Assembly: GCF_018350175.1 (NCBI RefSeq)
Contig: NC_058368.1
Coordinates: 18,230,001-18,294,000, forward strand
DNA from: Felis catus
Lineage: Eukaryota
DNA: 64,000 nt
Direction: 5' to 3'
The notes beneath the pieces are model-generated. The model was not told the origin of the DNA. It saw only the letters and a program-made list of their open reading frames with translations, and did not search any database. Made by a program: the position numbers and the translations under genes. Below are positions 12,430 to 24,349 of the stretch, piece by piece (positions within the stretch are counted from its first letter, which is position 1; every line of letters starts with the position of its first letter).

Positions 12430-12573
12430 TACAGTATTTAGTTGGGTTGTATGGTGACAGATGGCAGCTACACTTGTGATGAGGGTCACATACTGTACAG
12501 ACTCGTCAGGTCACTAGGCTGTGTGCCTGAAACTAACGCAACACTGTGTGTCAGCTATCCTCAAATAAAAAAA
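12430..12573 (+). mobile_element. Carnivore L1 3' terminus
   Basis: tgtatggtgacagatggcagctacacttgtg...cctgaaactaacgcaacactgtgtgtcagctat...aaataaaaaaa. Confidence 0.8.
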
Positions 12574-13282
12574 TCAAGATTCTATCTTACGTAATTTACG
12601 TTGAAATTACGTAATTTGAACAATAAAATAGTTTCCAAGGCTTATTTCAAAAAAAAAAACAACGGCACTCCCCCCCCCCCCCCCCCCCCTTTTTTTTTTC
12701 CATTTCTGAGAGTTTACTATTTTCGACTTGGAAAGTATTTCGATCGACATCTCCAAACTTTTTCAGTTTGGGACATATTTTGACCTCCTGTTTTCGATGA
12801 GGATTTACTCTCTTTCTGCCAGCCTGGCTCCCATCCCTTTGTGTATCTTACCTAGCCAGTGATTACATAGTTATCGTGATTGCAAAGGCTGCTCAGAAGT
12901 GAGTCCTGCGAGAGTTAGAACTTTCTGTGTGCAACTGTATATTCTCTTTGGGATCAAGAGTTGCCTTGGTTTTGCTTCCCTCGTTTTTTTTTTTAATGTC
13001 CTCGTTCCCATTCACCCCCAGACCCCCTCCAGTTTTTCTGCCTAAATCTTGCGTATCGGTCATCCTAGACCGATCCACTAATTTTCTTCCCTTTTCTCTT
13101 CTCTCTTCCTTTTCAGAGATTCCTCAGCTTTGCTAGCCAGTATCTCTGTTGTGTTTTTCATTTCTTACAGCACGCTTTTAGTCCATAGGAGTTCTTTTAT
13201 TTCCCCCAAGAGTTTTCTTAAAAAATAAAAACAAACCAATATCCTTTTATTGCATTTTATGCAACTAAGATCTTCTCCGATA

Positions 13283-13509
13283 TTTCTTTTTTTAAATTAA
13301 CTTTTATTTATTTTTGAGAGAGAGAGACAGAGACAGAGACAGAGTTGGACTGGGGGAGGGGCAGAGAGAGAGGAAGACAGAATCCAAAGCAGGGTCCAGG
13401 CTCTGAGCTGTCAACACAGAGCCCAACGCACGGCTCAAACTAACGAACCGTGAGATCGTGTCCTGAGCTGCAGTCAGATGCTTAACCAACTGAGCAGGCC
13501 AGGTGCCCC
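13283..13509 (-). mobile_element. Felid SINE
   Basis: T-rich tail, (AG)n, ggctctgagctgtcaacacagagccc, ends caggtgcccc. Confidence 0.95.
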
Positions 13510-14035
13510 TGATTTTTCCTGAGAATACTGATGGTTTTCTTTTTCAGCTCTCTGCATTTCAACTCGTCTGCTCTGTTTTCCCCAAGTTGCTTTTTTCTAT
13601 TTACAAGGGTTAGTCTCAGTTATTCATGTCTGAGACTTTCTTCCGATACCTGGGATCCTCAGCTGCCTGATTATATTTTAAAAAGTGGCCTCAAAAGGAT
13701 AAAAGGCAGCCCGTTGTGTGGCTGGTACCTCCCTCTTTTGGGGCCCACGAGGGGGTGATCTCCTAATGTCAATCTCTTTGGACAAGAGCCTCCTTTTCTC
13801 CACAGGGTGTGTGCTTAGCTACCAGTGCCTGGAAACTGAGTGATAATACATGATTTATAGTCCCAACATTCACCAGCTAAATGGAGGAAGGGGGGACTCC
13901 GTGGTGTAGATCATGGCCTTCCTAGCTTCTGCCACTGACGATATAGTATTCACTTTTTTTTTTATGGTCGGAAGTAATTTTAATTAGATCCATATACATA
14001 AGTTTGTTGCAGAGAGCTATACACGATGATTCTTC

Positions 14036-14719
14036 TTTTATTGAGGTGCAATTGACCTACAACATTATATTAGTTGCAGGTGTACAACATGGTGATTCAA
14101 CACTTGCAGAATGATCCCCACAATGAGTCTAGGTTCACATCTGTCACCACACTTAATTACAGAGTTCTTTTTTTCTTGTGATGAGGACTTTTAAGATCTA
14201 CTCTCTTAGCAACTTTCAAAAATGCAATACAGTATCATTAACTATCGTCACCGTGCTGTATAGTACATCCCCACGGCCCATTTATTTTATAACTGAAAGT
14301 TAGTATCATGAAGACAAGAAATAACAAGTGTTGGTGAGATTGTGGAGAAAAGGGAACCCTCGTGCACTGTTGGTGGGAATATGCAAATGGGTGCAGCCAC
14401 TGTGGAAAACAGTATGAAGTCTCCTCAAAAAATTAAAAACAGACCTGCCCTACAATCCGGCATTTTTACTTCTGGGTATTTATCCAAAGAAAACAAACAT
14501 ACTAACTCAAACAGTATGTGAACCTCCGTGTTCACTGCAGCGTTATTTACAATAGTCAAGATAAGGAAACAATCGAAGTGTCCATCACAGATGAACGGAT
14601 AAAGAAAAATGTGAGACACACACACACACACTCCACACACAATGGAATATTATTCACCCAAGTCAAGATAAGGAAACAATCGAAATGTCCATCACAGATG
14701 AACAGATAAAGAAAAATGT

Positions 14720-14756
<37 letters not shown>

Positions 14757-14855
14757 GAATATTATTCAGCCAGGAAAAAGAATGAAATTTTGCTATTTTC
14801 AGCAACATGGATGGACCCTGAGGGCATCATGCTAAGTGAAATAAGTCAGGCAGAG
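14036..14855 (-). mobile_element. 5'-inverted L1 (3'UTR antisense at 14036-14307; ORF2 end sense at 14308-14855)
   Basis: The left part is antisense L1 3'UTR (aagatctactctcttagcaactttcaa). The right part is sense ORF2 C-terminal sequence (tgttggtgagattgtggagaaaagggaaccctc...gcaacatggatggaccctgagggcatcatgctaagtgaaataagtcag). Confidence 0.85.
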
Positions 14856-16853
14856 GCTTCAGGAGAGTAAGGAGTTGCTTAACCGTAAGTTCTCCTGTTA
14901 TCTCCAAAAGTAGTTTTCTCAGGAGCATGAGCACAAGAGCTGGTTTGTCATGTGCAGTTGTGTGGGGTGCACAGTGCACAACTCTAAGCGAAACATCCCT
15001 GTCATAAACGCTGTATGTTGTCTATTTATTCTGACAAGTTTCTGGCAAATTATAGTAAAGTGTCTTGTCACGCAAAAATTAAGTATAATATTGCAATTAT
15101 TTAATAGGTAGAAGTAAAGTTTTTTCACGAAGGGTTACCTTTTTCTGAACTCATGCAAAGGAGTCATATGTAGTAATGCCACTTCTGAATAAGGAATTTG
15201 AACAGAGACTTGCGATTCCAAAGGTATTTCTGAGTCTTGCAGTGTAAGATGGACCACACTGACTTCCAAAAACAGACTGAGCAGAGTCTCAATGTCAGGC
15301 AAGTGGAGAGTTTCAACAGGTGGGCCGATCAAGATTTGAAGCAAAATCTCCTCACCAACGTGGTGAAATAACACCTCACTGACTGCTAATGGTTGCAGAC
15401 AAAATTGTACTAAACAATAAAGTCAGTGGCAGATTTCTGGTTTAAAGTCGCTTGGCCAACACACCCTGCCACAATCTCTTCTTACCTCCGACTCAAATAA
15501 CCGTAAAAGTGAAAACCGACAACCAACACAGTGCCAGAATCCTGGAAGGAATCCCACCAGTGATGACATAGGTGAGGTACAAATAGAAATTCAAATAGTG
15601 GGCTAGGCGTGCTTTTCCAGCCTCCATGGAACTGAACTGTTTCAGCTAAGGTAGGGAAGTTTGTCTCAGTGCTGTATTCTGGCTCACGGATCTAAGGAGA
15701 AAAGAGTGTGGCCACCGTGCAGTGGTCTGGATACTTCTTCTTGGTTCACAGAGCTGATCCCTCTACATACCCCTGACTCCATTGGCAATTTCTCTTATTT
15801 ATTTGGAGATTTTAACTTCAGGAAGTGTGTATGGAAGGAGATGGAAAGAGATGGAAGCAAAGGAAAGAGAAGGCCTGCCAGGGGCGTGTTGCATTCTGGG
15901 AGCTTCAGTCGCAACAAGAAAAGGTTAGAATGAGATCAGATACAGGAAGGGCATGCTGGGATTGGTTTATCAGGACAAGGAACCAGGCATGGAGTGTAAG
16001 AGAAAGTCTAAGTTCAGGACAATTGCACTAGACGGATATGGGCCAATCACCGGGAATTAGGCTAGAAATTGCATACCTCAATTCGCCCTCCAATTGTAAA
16101 TCATTTCCCGTTGTAAATGAACCACACTACAAGGCCGAGGACAGGTCACAGACCTTGTCAGCTGGAAAACACTTGCTCCATCCATCTTATTTTCTTCTCA
16201 GATAAGTAAATAGGAAAAACCACAATCGCCCAAGGAGTGTGTGAGGAAAAAAATACTGCAGAATAAAAAAAAAAAAATGGAGGCATATGAGAAAATCTCT
16301 CAAAACATCTCAAAACGATTTCCTGGACATTCGGTGAAGGTGGTAACAAGATTTCACATTTTATGCACACTGTTACAATAACATAGCAGGAAAGAAAAAC
16401 AATATTTTAAAAAATTGAAAAGACATGGTTGTTGCCACACAGAGATGCATATCTCTGTGGACCAGAAAATGAAGAAGCAGGCAGGAGGTGCTTGAGGCCT
16501 CGTGCTAGAATAGATCAAGGCCACTGGGGGCTGATTCCTTTAGGATATTGGAAACACAGAGTGCCCATATGTGTCAGCAGTACAGAGCTAGGCCCCTGCC
16601 TGAATCCTGGCTTGTCGGAGCAGGGGGGGTACACCCCAACCCTAAAAGGAAGTGGAAAAAGTTGCAACTGCTGCTGGGAGCGTTGGCTTGCATAAATCTA
16701 CTTACGAGGGCTGTAAGTAGGGAGCCAGGCATTGGGCCAGTTGCCACAGGCTCCGGGGCTGGATCTCCAATGTTCCCCAATCTCATTATGGAAAGAAATC
16801 TAAGCCCAGTCCAAAACCTGGGTCTGGTTATACTGCTAGATATGGAAGGGAGA

Positions 16854-16946
16854 GTGTGTGTGCGTGTGCATGTGCGTGTGTGTGTGTGTGTGTATGAGTG
16901 TGTGTGTGTGTGTGTGTGCATGTGTGAGACAGAGAGAGAGAGAGAG
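16854..16946. repeat. Compound (TG)n(AG)n microsatellite
   Basis: Read directly from the sequence. Confidence 0.95.
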
Positions 16947-16983
16947 AACGAGATAAAACAGCTATTAAGAAACATAAACAATA

Positions 16984-17197
16984 GGGGGTGCCTGGTGGCT
17001 CAGTTGGTTAAGCATCCGACTTCAGCTCAGGTCATGGTCTCATCGTTCATGGGTTCAAGCCCCGCGTCGGGCTCTGTGCTGACAGCTCAGAGCCTGCAGC
17101 CTGCTTCAGATTCTGTGTTTCCCTCTCTGTGCCCATCCGCTGCTTTGTCTCTCCCTGTCTCTCAAAAATAAATAAACGTTAAAAACATTTTTTAAAG
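16984..17197 (+). mobile_element. Felid SINE
   Basis: Canonical head and body. TSD aagaaacataaacaata (16967-16983) / aagaaatataaacaata (17198-17214). Confidence 0.96.
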
Positions 17198-17219
17198 AAG
17201 AAATATAAACAATAAAAAC

Positions 17220-19240
17220 AACAAGAGAATAAGCTCCTGAAGAAATGCAAGTAATAGAGCAATGTGGAAATGATTTACGATAGATTTCTCATAAACTATG
17301 TCTGAGAAAGTGTAGCTCATGAGAACTCTGGAACCACATCCTTCAAAACCTAGCTTCTTAGCTGCATGAGCTTGGGCAAGTCACTTGACCTTGTTGAGCC
17401 TTGGTTTCCTGTCTAGATAGTGGGGATTAAAATAATACCTGTTTCCTTGACTTTTCGCAAAATGGAAATAATTCCAACAGTCTTCAGCACATATCAAACT
17501 AAAATGCGACGGTAAAATTCAAATCTTCATTGGAAGTGGTAAAAAATCAGAATTCGTGACAGAAAAGCTAATCAATAACACAGAGGATAAGCTTGAAAAG
17601 TTCTCCCAATGTTTCTGGGGAAACGAAAAGAGACAAAAAATAATGATGGCAAATAAAACAAACATAGAGGACACAGAAAAACTTTCTGATTCTGACATTT
17701 AATATAAGCATTCTGACAGTTAACTAAGTACATAGATGACTTGAATCATTATTGATAACCTTCAATTAACAATGTATCAATATGTAAGGAAAGATAATTT
17801 TCCTTCTTTTAAGGACCCGTGACACACGTCTGTTGATCACATAACTAATAGATTGTGTTTTGCAAAGCCATAGGGTTTCAGAAGATCCTTGGAATTGCCT
17901 TGGTGAAAAGCAAAGGTCCCTATTATCAGTGTGTTTGCAAGGCTCCTGATTTTCCAGTCAGCTAAAAATGTTTTGTTTTTTTATCTTTTTACATGTTGTG
18001 GTTTCAATTAAGGTTGTTTTTTTTTTAAGTGTTGCATTGGTTAAACAATCACGACCGGATGAAAATTGCTGCCCTAGAAGTTAATAAATTCCTGAGAGTC
18101 GAAATAGGGTGGACAGACCCAATTCTCAAACTATCATGAAGTGAGACCAGAAATTAGTAATAAGAGTTAAAAAGAAAATAAAACCCTCTGGCTGTTTGGA
18201 CATTGAAATTACTCTTCTAGCTCATTGATGATTCAAAGAAGTAATCAAACTACCTTAGCTTGCTTGAAAACTTAAAAATTACACAACAATCATAACCTCT
18301 GTTACTTCCTTTAAGAAGTGAGAATTTAAAAAGCAACACAGGGGCACCTGGGTGGCACAGTCGGTTAAGCGTCCGACTTCAGCCAGGTCACGATCTCGCG
18401 GTCTGTGAGTTCCAGCCCCGCGTCGGGCTCTGGGCTGATGGCTCAGAGCCTGGAGCCTGTTTCCGATTCTGTGTCTCCCTCTCTCTCTGCCCCTCCCCTG
18501 TTCATGCTCTGTCTCTCTCTGTCCCAAAAATAAAATAAAACGTTGAAAAAAAAATTTTTTTAAAGCAACACAGAATTCCATTCTGTCTTAGAAACCAAAA
18601 AAATTAACTGAAAAAAAGAGAAAATTTTCGAGATAAAGTAAAAACAAGTAAAAGTAAGAAATGACAAGTGTTACAGTTGATAAATCAAAGAGGTCAGTCT
18701 TTGCTGAGTTAAAAAATGAACAAGAACCAATGAATTGGACAAAACTTCCAGCAATTTATTTTAAAAAGGAAAGAAACCGACAAATTAATAAAATTTGTGT
18801 AGTAGTGAGTAGCAATGAAATAATAATGAGTGTTAATCTATAGTCATGAGGAAGCAGTTTAAATCACAGACCCAAAAGAGATCATTGTTTTATAAGAAAA
18901 TTTATGCACTCCAGGCAAGGAATATAAGTGATTCGTTACGTCAGGAAAGAATTTGATGCACAAATCGAAATCCTTTAAAATGTACCAACTCTTTGACCCA
19001 GAAATTTGTCTCTGGTAATTGTTTGATGAAATTATTATAGAGGTATACAAACACTTGTTTAAAGGGAGTTTATTGCTTGCATTATCTATAAGAGCAAAAC
19101 ATTAGAAATTTTGTAAATGTTCAACAAAACAGGAGACCGATAAATAAAACATGGTATATTTATTCAGTGTAACACCATATAACCACTACAAAGTTGTAGA
19201 ATATTTGACGTATTTATTTTGCTGTGGAAAGTAAAACAGC
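17220..19240 (+). mobile_element. Fragmented ancient L1 (L1ME-like), interrupted by a MIR (~17310-17450) and a SINE
   Basis: A-rich degraded L1 text, including ctttgacccagaaattt and ataaataaaacatggtatatttattcagtgtaa. Boundaries approximate. Confidence 0.5.
18341..18561 (+). mobile_element. Young felid SINE (SINEC_Fc-like)
   Basis: Diagnostic agccaggtcacgatctcgcggtc and gctgatggctcagag. Perfect TSD aaagcaacaca (18330-18340 / 18562-18572). Confidence 0.97.
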
Positions 19241-19559
19241 CAAGCTTCAAAACATCGTTCCAGGCTCTTTGGGTGGATTAAATGACTTAATCTGTCAAAT
19301 CACTGATGGAGAAGACATTCCAATTGTGTTAGTTTTCCCTCCCACGCAGGATTATTTTTGAGAGCTACTTGTATACAAAGTGGCTCATCCAAGCTTGGCC
19401 CATGGTCCCCACCCATCATACCTTCAGACCCTGGCACTCTACCTCTTGTCTGTGTTCAGGAGAGCCAAGGTTTTACCCTAGCACACATTGGCATTTTTGT
19501 ACCAGGATGCAGTGCGTTGAAATGTGGTTTCTGATGTGGTGAAGAAATTACAACATGAT

Positions 19560-19560
<1 letters not shown>

Positions 19561-19592
<32 letters not shown>
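19561..19592. repeat. (GT)16 microsatellite
   Basis: Read directly from the sequence. Confidence 0.95.
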
Positions 19593-19594
<2 letters not shown>

Positions 19595-21363
19595 TAAACT
19601 TCTACCTACTGCTCTCTTTAAACATGGGTTTAGCGCTGTCTTGCTGATATTCAGAAAAGGGCAGCTGCATGGAAACCAGAGATCATTCTACGCTCTGGCC
19701 AATATTTCGTAGTTAGTCGGGCCCTGGGCCAAGCTCTCCCCAGTGCAGCCCTATGCATACGTCTTGTCTAGATCTACAGCATGTTTTCAGAAAGAGAGAC
19801 CCTGGGACATGCTGCTGAGCTGCTGGTGTCCATTACGAGATGAAACTCCTTTTGTGACTGGATTCATGAAACTTGGCGTATACGCAAAGGGCTTTTATAA
19901 AATTCTCTAGGTAGAAAGTCGGCCACCATTAGAATTGATTTGAACTTTTACAATGTGGTCTGTTGAGTTCTGATCGGACTTAGCCTCGCTGGAAGGAATG
20001 GTTTTACTGGGATATGCAAAACATGAGCTTGATCCTGACACCTCGGATCGGGATCCTTTGCCTCGGCATGGTCAAGGTAATGGATTCCCATTACGCGTGT
20101 TCAGTAGAGGTCCCAATGGGAAGTTCTGGCAAGTCTTTGCAGAGTACCTTAGCACTAATGACTGTTATTTATTCCTGTACCAGCCCTGCATAACATGCCA
20201 TCTTTGCAAAGTGTGATGAAATGACCTGCCTAGGTTTCTCTCCCACAACAATCGTGAGTTTTAAAACTACCATTGCAAGAACCTGTGGGAACAAGCCCTT
20301 CAGGTGCATGATTCATTGTGTGGCCTACTGACTAGGACTTCTTTCACTTCCTATCCTTCAGCATTTCTGACAATCCCAAGCATTGTTTTGGATCTATTTC
20401 CAGCTCTCAGTGATCCTCCTATTTTGTGTCTATAGGGTATATTTTTATTCCTCATTCGGCCACTCGTATTTCATCCCAACCTTGGACAACATATTGTTGC
20501 TGTCTCGGGGACTTGGGAGTTCATTTGTTTTTTTGGTAGCACACATACAAGCATATTTCCTTTCTTGGGATTGGGAAATCAGGCAGCACCAGCCCACTAA
20601 ATTAGAACGGTCTCAGGAATCTGATTTATGAATGTATAATAAGGTCAAGCTGGAGGGCCTATGGGCAAATGTGACCTCTTCATTGAATGAGGACTTCTGT
20701 GGTATAAGAAGCAGAGTTCTAAAGATGCTCAAAAGGTTTCCTGGTCACCTAAACAATCTTACAAAACAACACTTTAATGATTTAAGTGTAAATAGATTGG
20801 ACACATCTGGATTGAATTTCCCTTCAAATACACATGACTTGTTAAAATCCGGGGGAAAGAGCTTAGGGCAAAACGTGTTTTTGGTTCATAAAAACCCAAA
20901 CATTGGAAAATAACAATTGGAACATTTGTCTAGCCCCCAAATACCGCTGGGTCAGCTTATCCCTCACTGTCAATTTACAACTTGTTCCAGGAAAGCAGAA
21001 GATGGCTCATCTCTTCTTGTCTTATGTGATAAAATGCTCTGAAACTAAGAGGACCTCTTCGAAAAAAAATCTTTGAGGAAAAACTTATCAAGCGTCCCAA
21101 GTGGTTCTCACACGAGAGGGGGCCCTTCGCTCTGTTCGGGTGCAGCTCTGGTATCTCTCCTCTAACGCCGACGGCCCACTTTTGGTTCTGCCTTTGGGTC
21201 TGTATTTGCTTACTTGGCATTACTGGTGAGTATCTGCAGCTCCTTGGGAAAACCTCTCAACAACAACAATGAATTTGTAAAACTATGCATAGCTTTCCCA
21301 AGACTCAACAGGTTCTGAGAATAAAAGCACTTTGAAACACAACATAAAGATGTTTGCACTTCT

Positions 21364-21523
21364 GGGACGTCTGGGTGGCTCAGTCGGATAAGCGTCCGAC
21401 TCTTGATTTTGGATCAGGTCACGATCTCACGGCTTGTGAGATCGAGCCCTGTGTTGGGCTCCGTGCTGATTGTGGAGTCTGCTTAGAATTCTCTCTCTTT
21501 CCCTCTTCCCCTCCCCTGCTTGT

Positions 21524-21559
<36 letters not shown>

Positions 21560-21586
21560 TCTCAAAACAAATAAATAAACATTTAA
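21364..21586 (+). mobile_element. Carnivore SINE (older subfamily)
   Basis: gggacgtctgggtggctcagtcgg head, gactcttgattttggatcagg, (TC)n, aaataaataaac tail. Confidence 0.94.
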
Positions 21587-22074
21587 AAAGGTGTACCTTT
21601 TAAGTAATGGAAAGTCTACAAAATTGGTATTTATACAATTGTCTCCATTAATGTTGATAGAGTCAACATTGCTGCAGATAAACAAGATCAGTGGCTAATC
21701 CATGCTATAAATTAGTGAGCAATCTGACACCGTCCCTTACTGAGCCATGTTATCAGCAGTGCTCACCAGGAAGGTCATAACGATGGGGATAATACTGAAC
21801 ACCCACCAAGTGCCATGTACTAGTTGCCACCTTGACCCAAACTCTTCCAGTTAGATGATAACTCGATTCGCTGGATGACAAAACTGAGAATCAGAGTCCA
21901 CAAATGACTCGACAAAGACCACATACTTGTAAGTGACAGAGAAATAGTGGAACCTGTATCTGGGGGATCAGAAATCCTTCCTGTTTCCTTTGCAAACCCC
22001 CCCCCCCCCACAAGCCCTTTGGTTGAAAAGTGGTCAGGAGGAATGGCGTAACTACGATAGTAATGATAACAGTA

Positions 22075-22400
22075 AAATAACAGCTAACAGTTATTGAAAT
22101 ATTATGCCACGAGGAACAGCACTTAGGTTCCCTGCGACGTGGACCTCATAACAACCACACTTATTGAGTGCTTATTATGTGACAGATTATGTTTTAACCT
22201 TCAATGCGTTGAATGTCGTAATGCTTTTGCGTGCATTAACTACTTTGATTCTTGTGTGCCAGAAACATCATTCTAATGGGTTAGGAAAGGAAACTAACTA
22301 GGTTAACTTTTTCAAGGTTACCTAGCTAGTAAGTGGCAGAGCCAGGACGCAAAAGCAGGGAGTGTGATCTAGAGTCTCAGATTACAATCTCTGTGATGTA
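22075..22400 (-). mobile_element. MIR fragments
   Basis: acagctaacagttattgaa, cacttattgagtgcttattatgtg, caaggttacctagctagtaagtggcagagccagga. Confidence 0.65.
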
Positions 22401-23094
22401 CTGTCTTTCTTAGACAAGCTTCTGGAAAAGGAAGAAGCCAAAGGCTAGAGACTTGGTTACATTGAACTTTCAGGAAGAGGACATGTTGGGAAGGCAAGTC
22501 TTCCTCTGAATTAAGAGCCACAGGGGCCAGAGGTTGTGTAGACATGCATCGGATGATTTAGATGTCCCTGACAAAGTGGGAGGACAAGGCTCCAATCGGA
22601 AAGAGAAGGTGAGGTTAGAACCAGAAGCTTGTAAGTCATGGAAGGTAAAGGAAGCAGTCCTCACAGGACAGGCCAAAAAGGAACCACCAGGAAACCAACG
22701 GAGCTGCAATGGACTCGGCTTTTCCTAGGCCAGCTGAGTCGGTGGGGAGGTAACCATTCTCACAGGGTCAGGGCGAGGGCTGCTTTCCAGTCTCAGAGGT
22801 TAGTCTGTGCTGAGCCACCTGCCACTACCTGCCCTCTCCACAGACACGAGGTTGTGAAGCAGATGGCAGGGGTGGGAAGGGAAGAGCCTGTGACTGGAGC
22901 AGGGAGGGGTGACTGGTCTACCGGGGGGTGGGACTTGTGGCCTCGCCCCATCCTCTTCCTGCTCAGGACAGCGGAGGCGGCCACCTGCAGGGCAAGGTGA
23001 GGCATGGCACCTACACCAAGGGGCCAGAGAAAGTCCTTTCCGCAGAAAAGTTCCCAAAGACTTATTATTTCAACACTGTTATTTCCTCTCATTT

Positions 23095-23123
23095 CTTTTT
23101 TTTTTTTTAAAGTTTATTTATTT

Positions 23124-23157
<34 letters not shown>

Positions 23158-23325
23158 CAGCAGAGCAGAGGAAGGGCAGACAAAGAGGGAGAGAGAGAAT
23201 GTCAAACAGGCTCCACGCTGTCAGTGCAGAAGTAACAAGGGGCTTCATCCCATGAACTGTGAGATCATGACCTGAGCTGGAGTCAAGAGTCGGACACACA
23301 ACCAACTGAGCCACACAGCGTCCCC
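23095..23325 (-). mobile_element. Carnivore/felid SINE
   Basis: T tail, (AG)n, gtgagatcatgacctgagctggagtcaagagtcgg, ends gcgtcccc. Confidence 0.93.
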
Positions 23326-23513
23326 CAACTGCCAATAGAAATCTCAGTCTGTGGAGTGGCTAGGATGTCTCTATTGGTTTTGAGTGGTAATAAGTAAGTA
23401 TCAAGTTGAATCCGTGTCCGCATCCTAGGAGAAGTGAGCAGACACCTCAATCCTGACTTTGGGGGTATAAGACATTAGCCTGACGTACTCTCTGTCTCTC
23501 TATCTCTGTTTGC

Positions 23514-23516
<3 letters not shown>

Positions 23517-23551
<35 letters not shown>
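23517..23551. repeat. (TG)n microsatellite
   Basis: Read directly from the sequence. Confidence 0.95.
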
Positions 23552-23557
<6 letters not shown>

Positions 23558-23941
23558 GTAGGCATAAATAACGCCAAGGAATTTCATTTGCTCACCTGCC
23601 TTCAGGAGTTGTAAATTATGCAGGGAAGTTTCTACAGTCCAGTTTCTGCTGGTGCCTGTTTCCGTAAGGGACACTCCCACGACAAGTCACGAATGACCTG
23701 GCCAGGCTGTGTAAACAACAGGAAATGTACTGATCACGTCACCGGAAGTACAGAAAGGTGGACTTCAGAGTCTGTTTAACCCAGCGGCTCCCACTCCGCC
23801 AGCCCACGGTTCCCCAGGCATCTCCCTTCTCCATGTCTTGGCTGCACCCACTCAGCTACCCTTGCGGTGGCGAAAGTATCTTCTGACTTCACACCCACAC
23901 GGGGGGAGAAAAAGTGATTACCTCTTCCAGTGGCTCAGTCC

Positions 23942-24136
23942 TTTTTTTTTTTTTTTAAGTTTATTTATTTATTTTGGGGGGGGGGGAGGAGCAAAGAGAG
24001 AGAGGGAGAGAGAGAATCCCAAGCAGTCGCTCAGCACAGAGCCCAACGCAGGGCTGGATCCCACCAGCATGAGATAATGACCCGAGCCGAAATCAAGAGT
24101 CAGAAGCTTAACCGGCTGAGCCACCCGGGGGGCCCC
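23942..24136 (-). mobile_element. Carnivore SINE (older, internally deleted)
   Basis: T tail, gagaatcccaagcag, gccgaaatcaagagtcag...tgagccaccc. Flanks ccagtggctc / ccagtggtct. Confidence 0.92.
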
Positions 24137-24349
24137 ACCAGTGGTCTTAACAGAGAGGAACTTTCTTGGCAGCTTGTATCACACTTCCTCTAGCATTGAA
24201 TTGGCCCAAAGTCCCTTGGTCCAGGGGACTCCGTTGATTGGCTTAGTCCCATCAAGTCAACGAACCGAGGAGGGGAGGGAATGGTCAAGACCAACCAGGT
24301 GTGCTGGGCTTGGGCAGCTTTCCTGAGGCCCAGGAGCTCTGAGGAGAAG

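Noticed and set aside
14554..14768. Repeat-spacer-like pattern (CRISPR?)
   Set aside because: There are only two units, derived from L1, in mammalian DNA, with no cas genes.
15135..15374. Leu-rich ORF ending at a minus-strand AAG/gtaacc donor
   Set aside because: No convincing matching acceptor was found and no homology was recognised.
16548..17171. Longest ORF (207 aa)
   Set aside because: It reads through a (TG)n(AG)n microsatellite and a SINE, and its N-terminal part has no recognisable domain.
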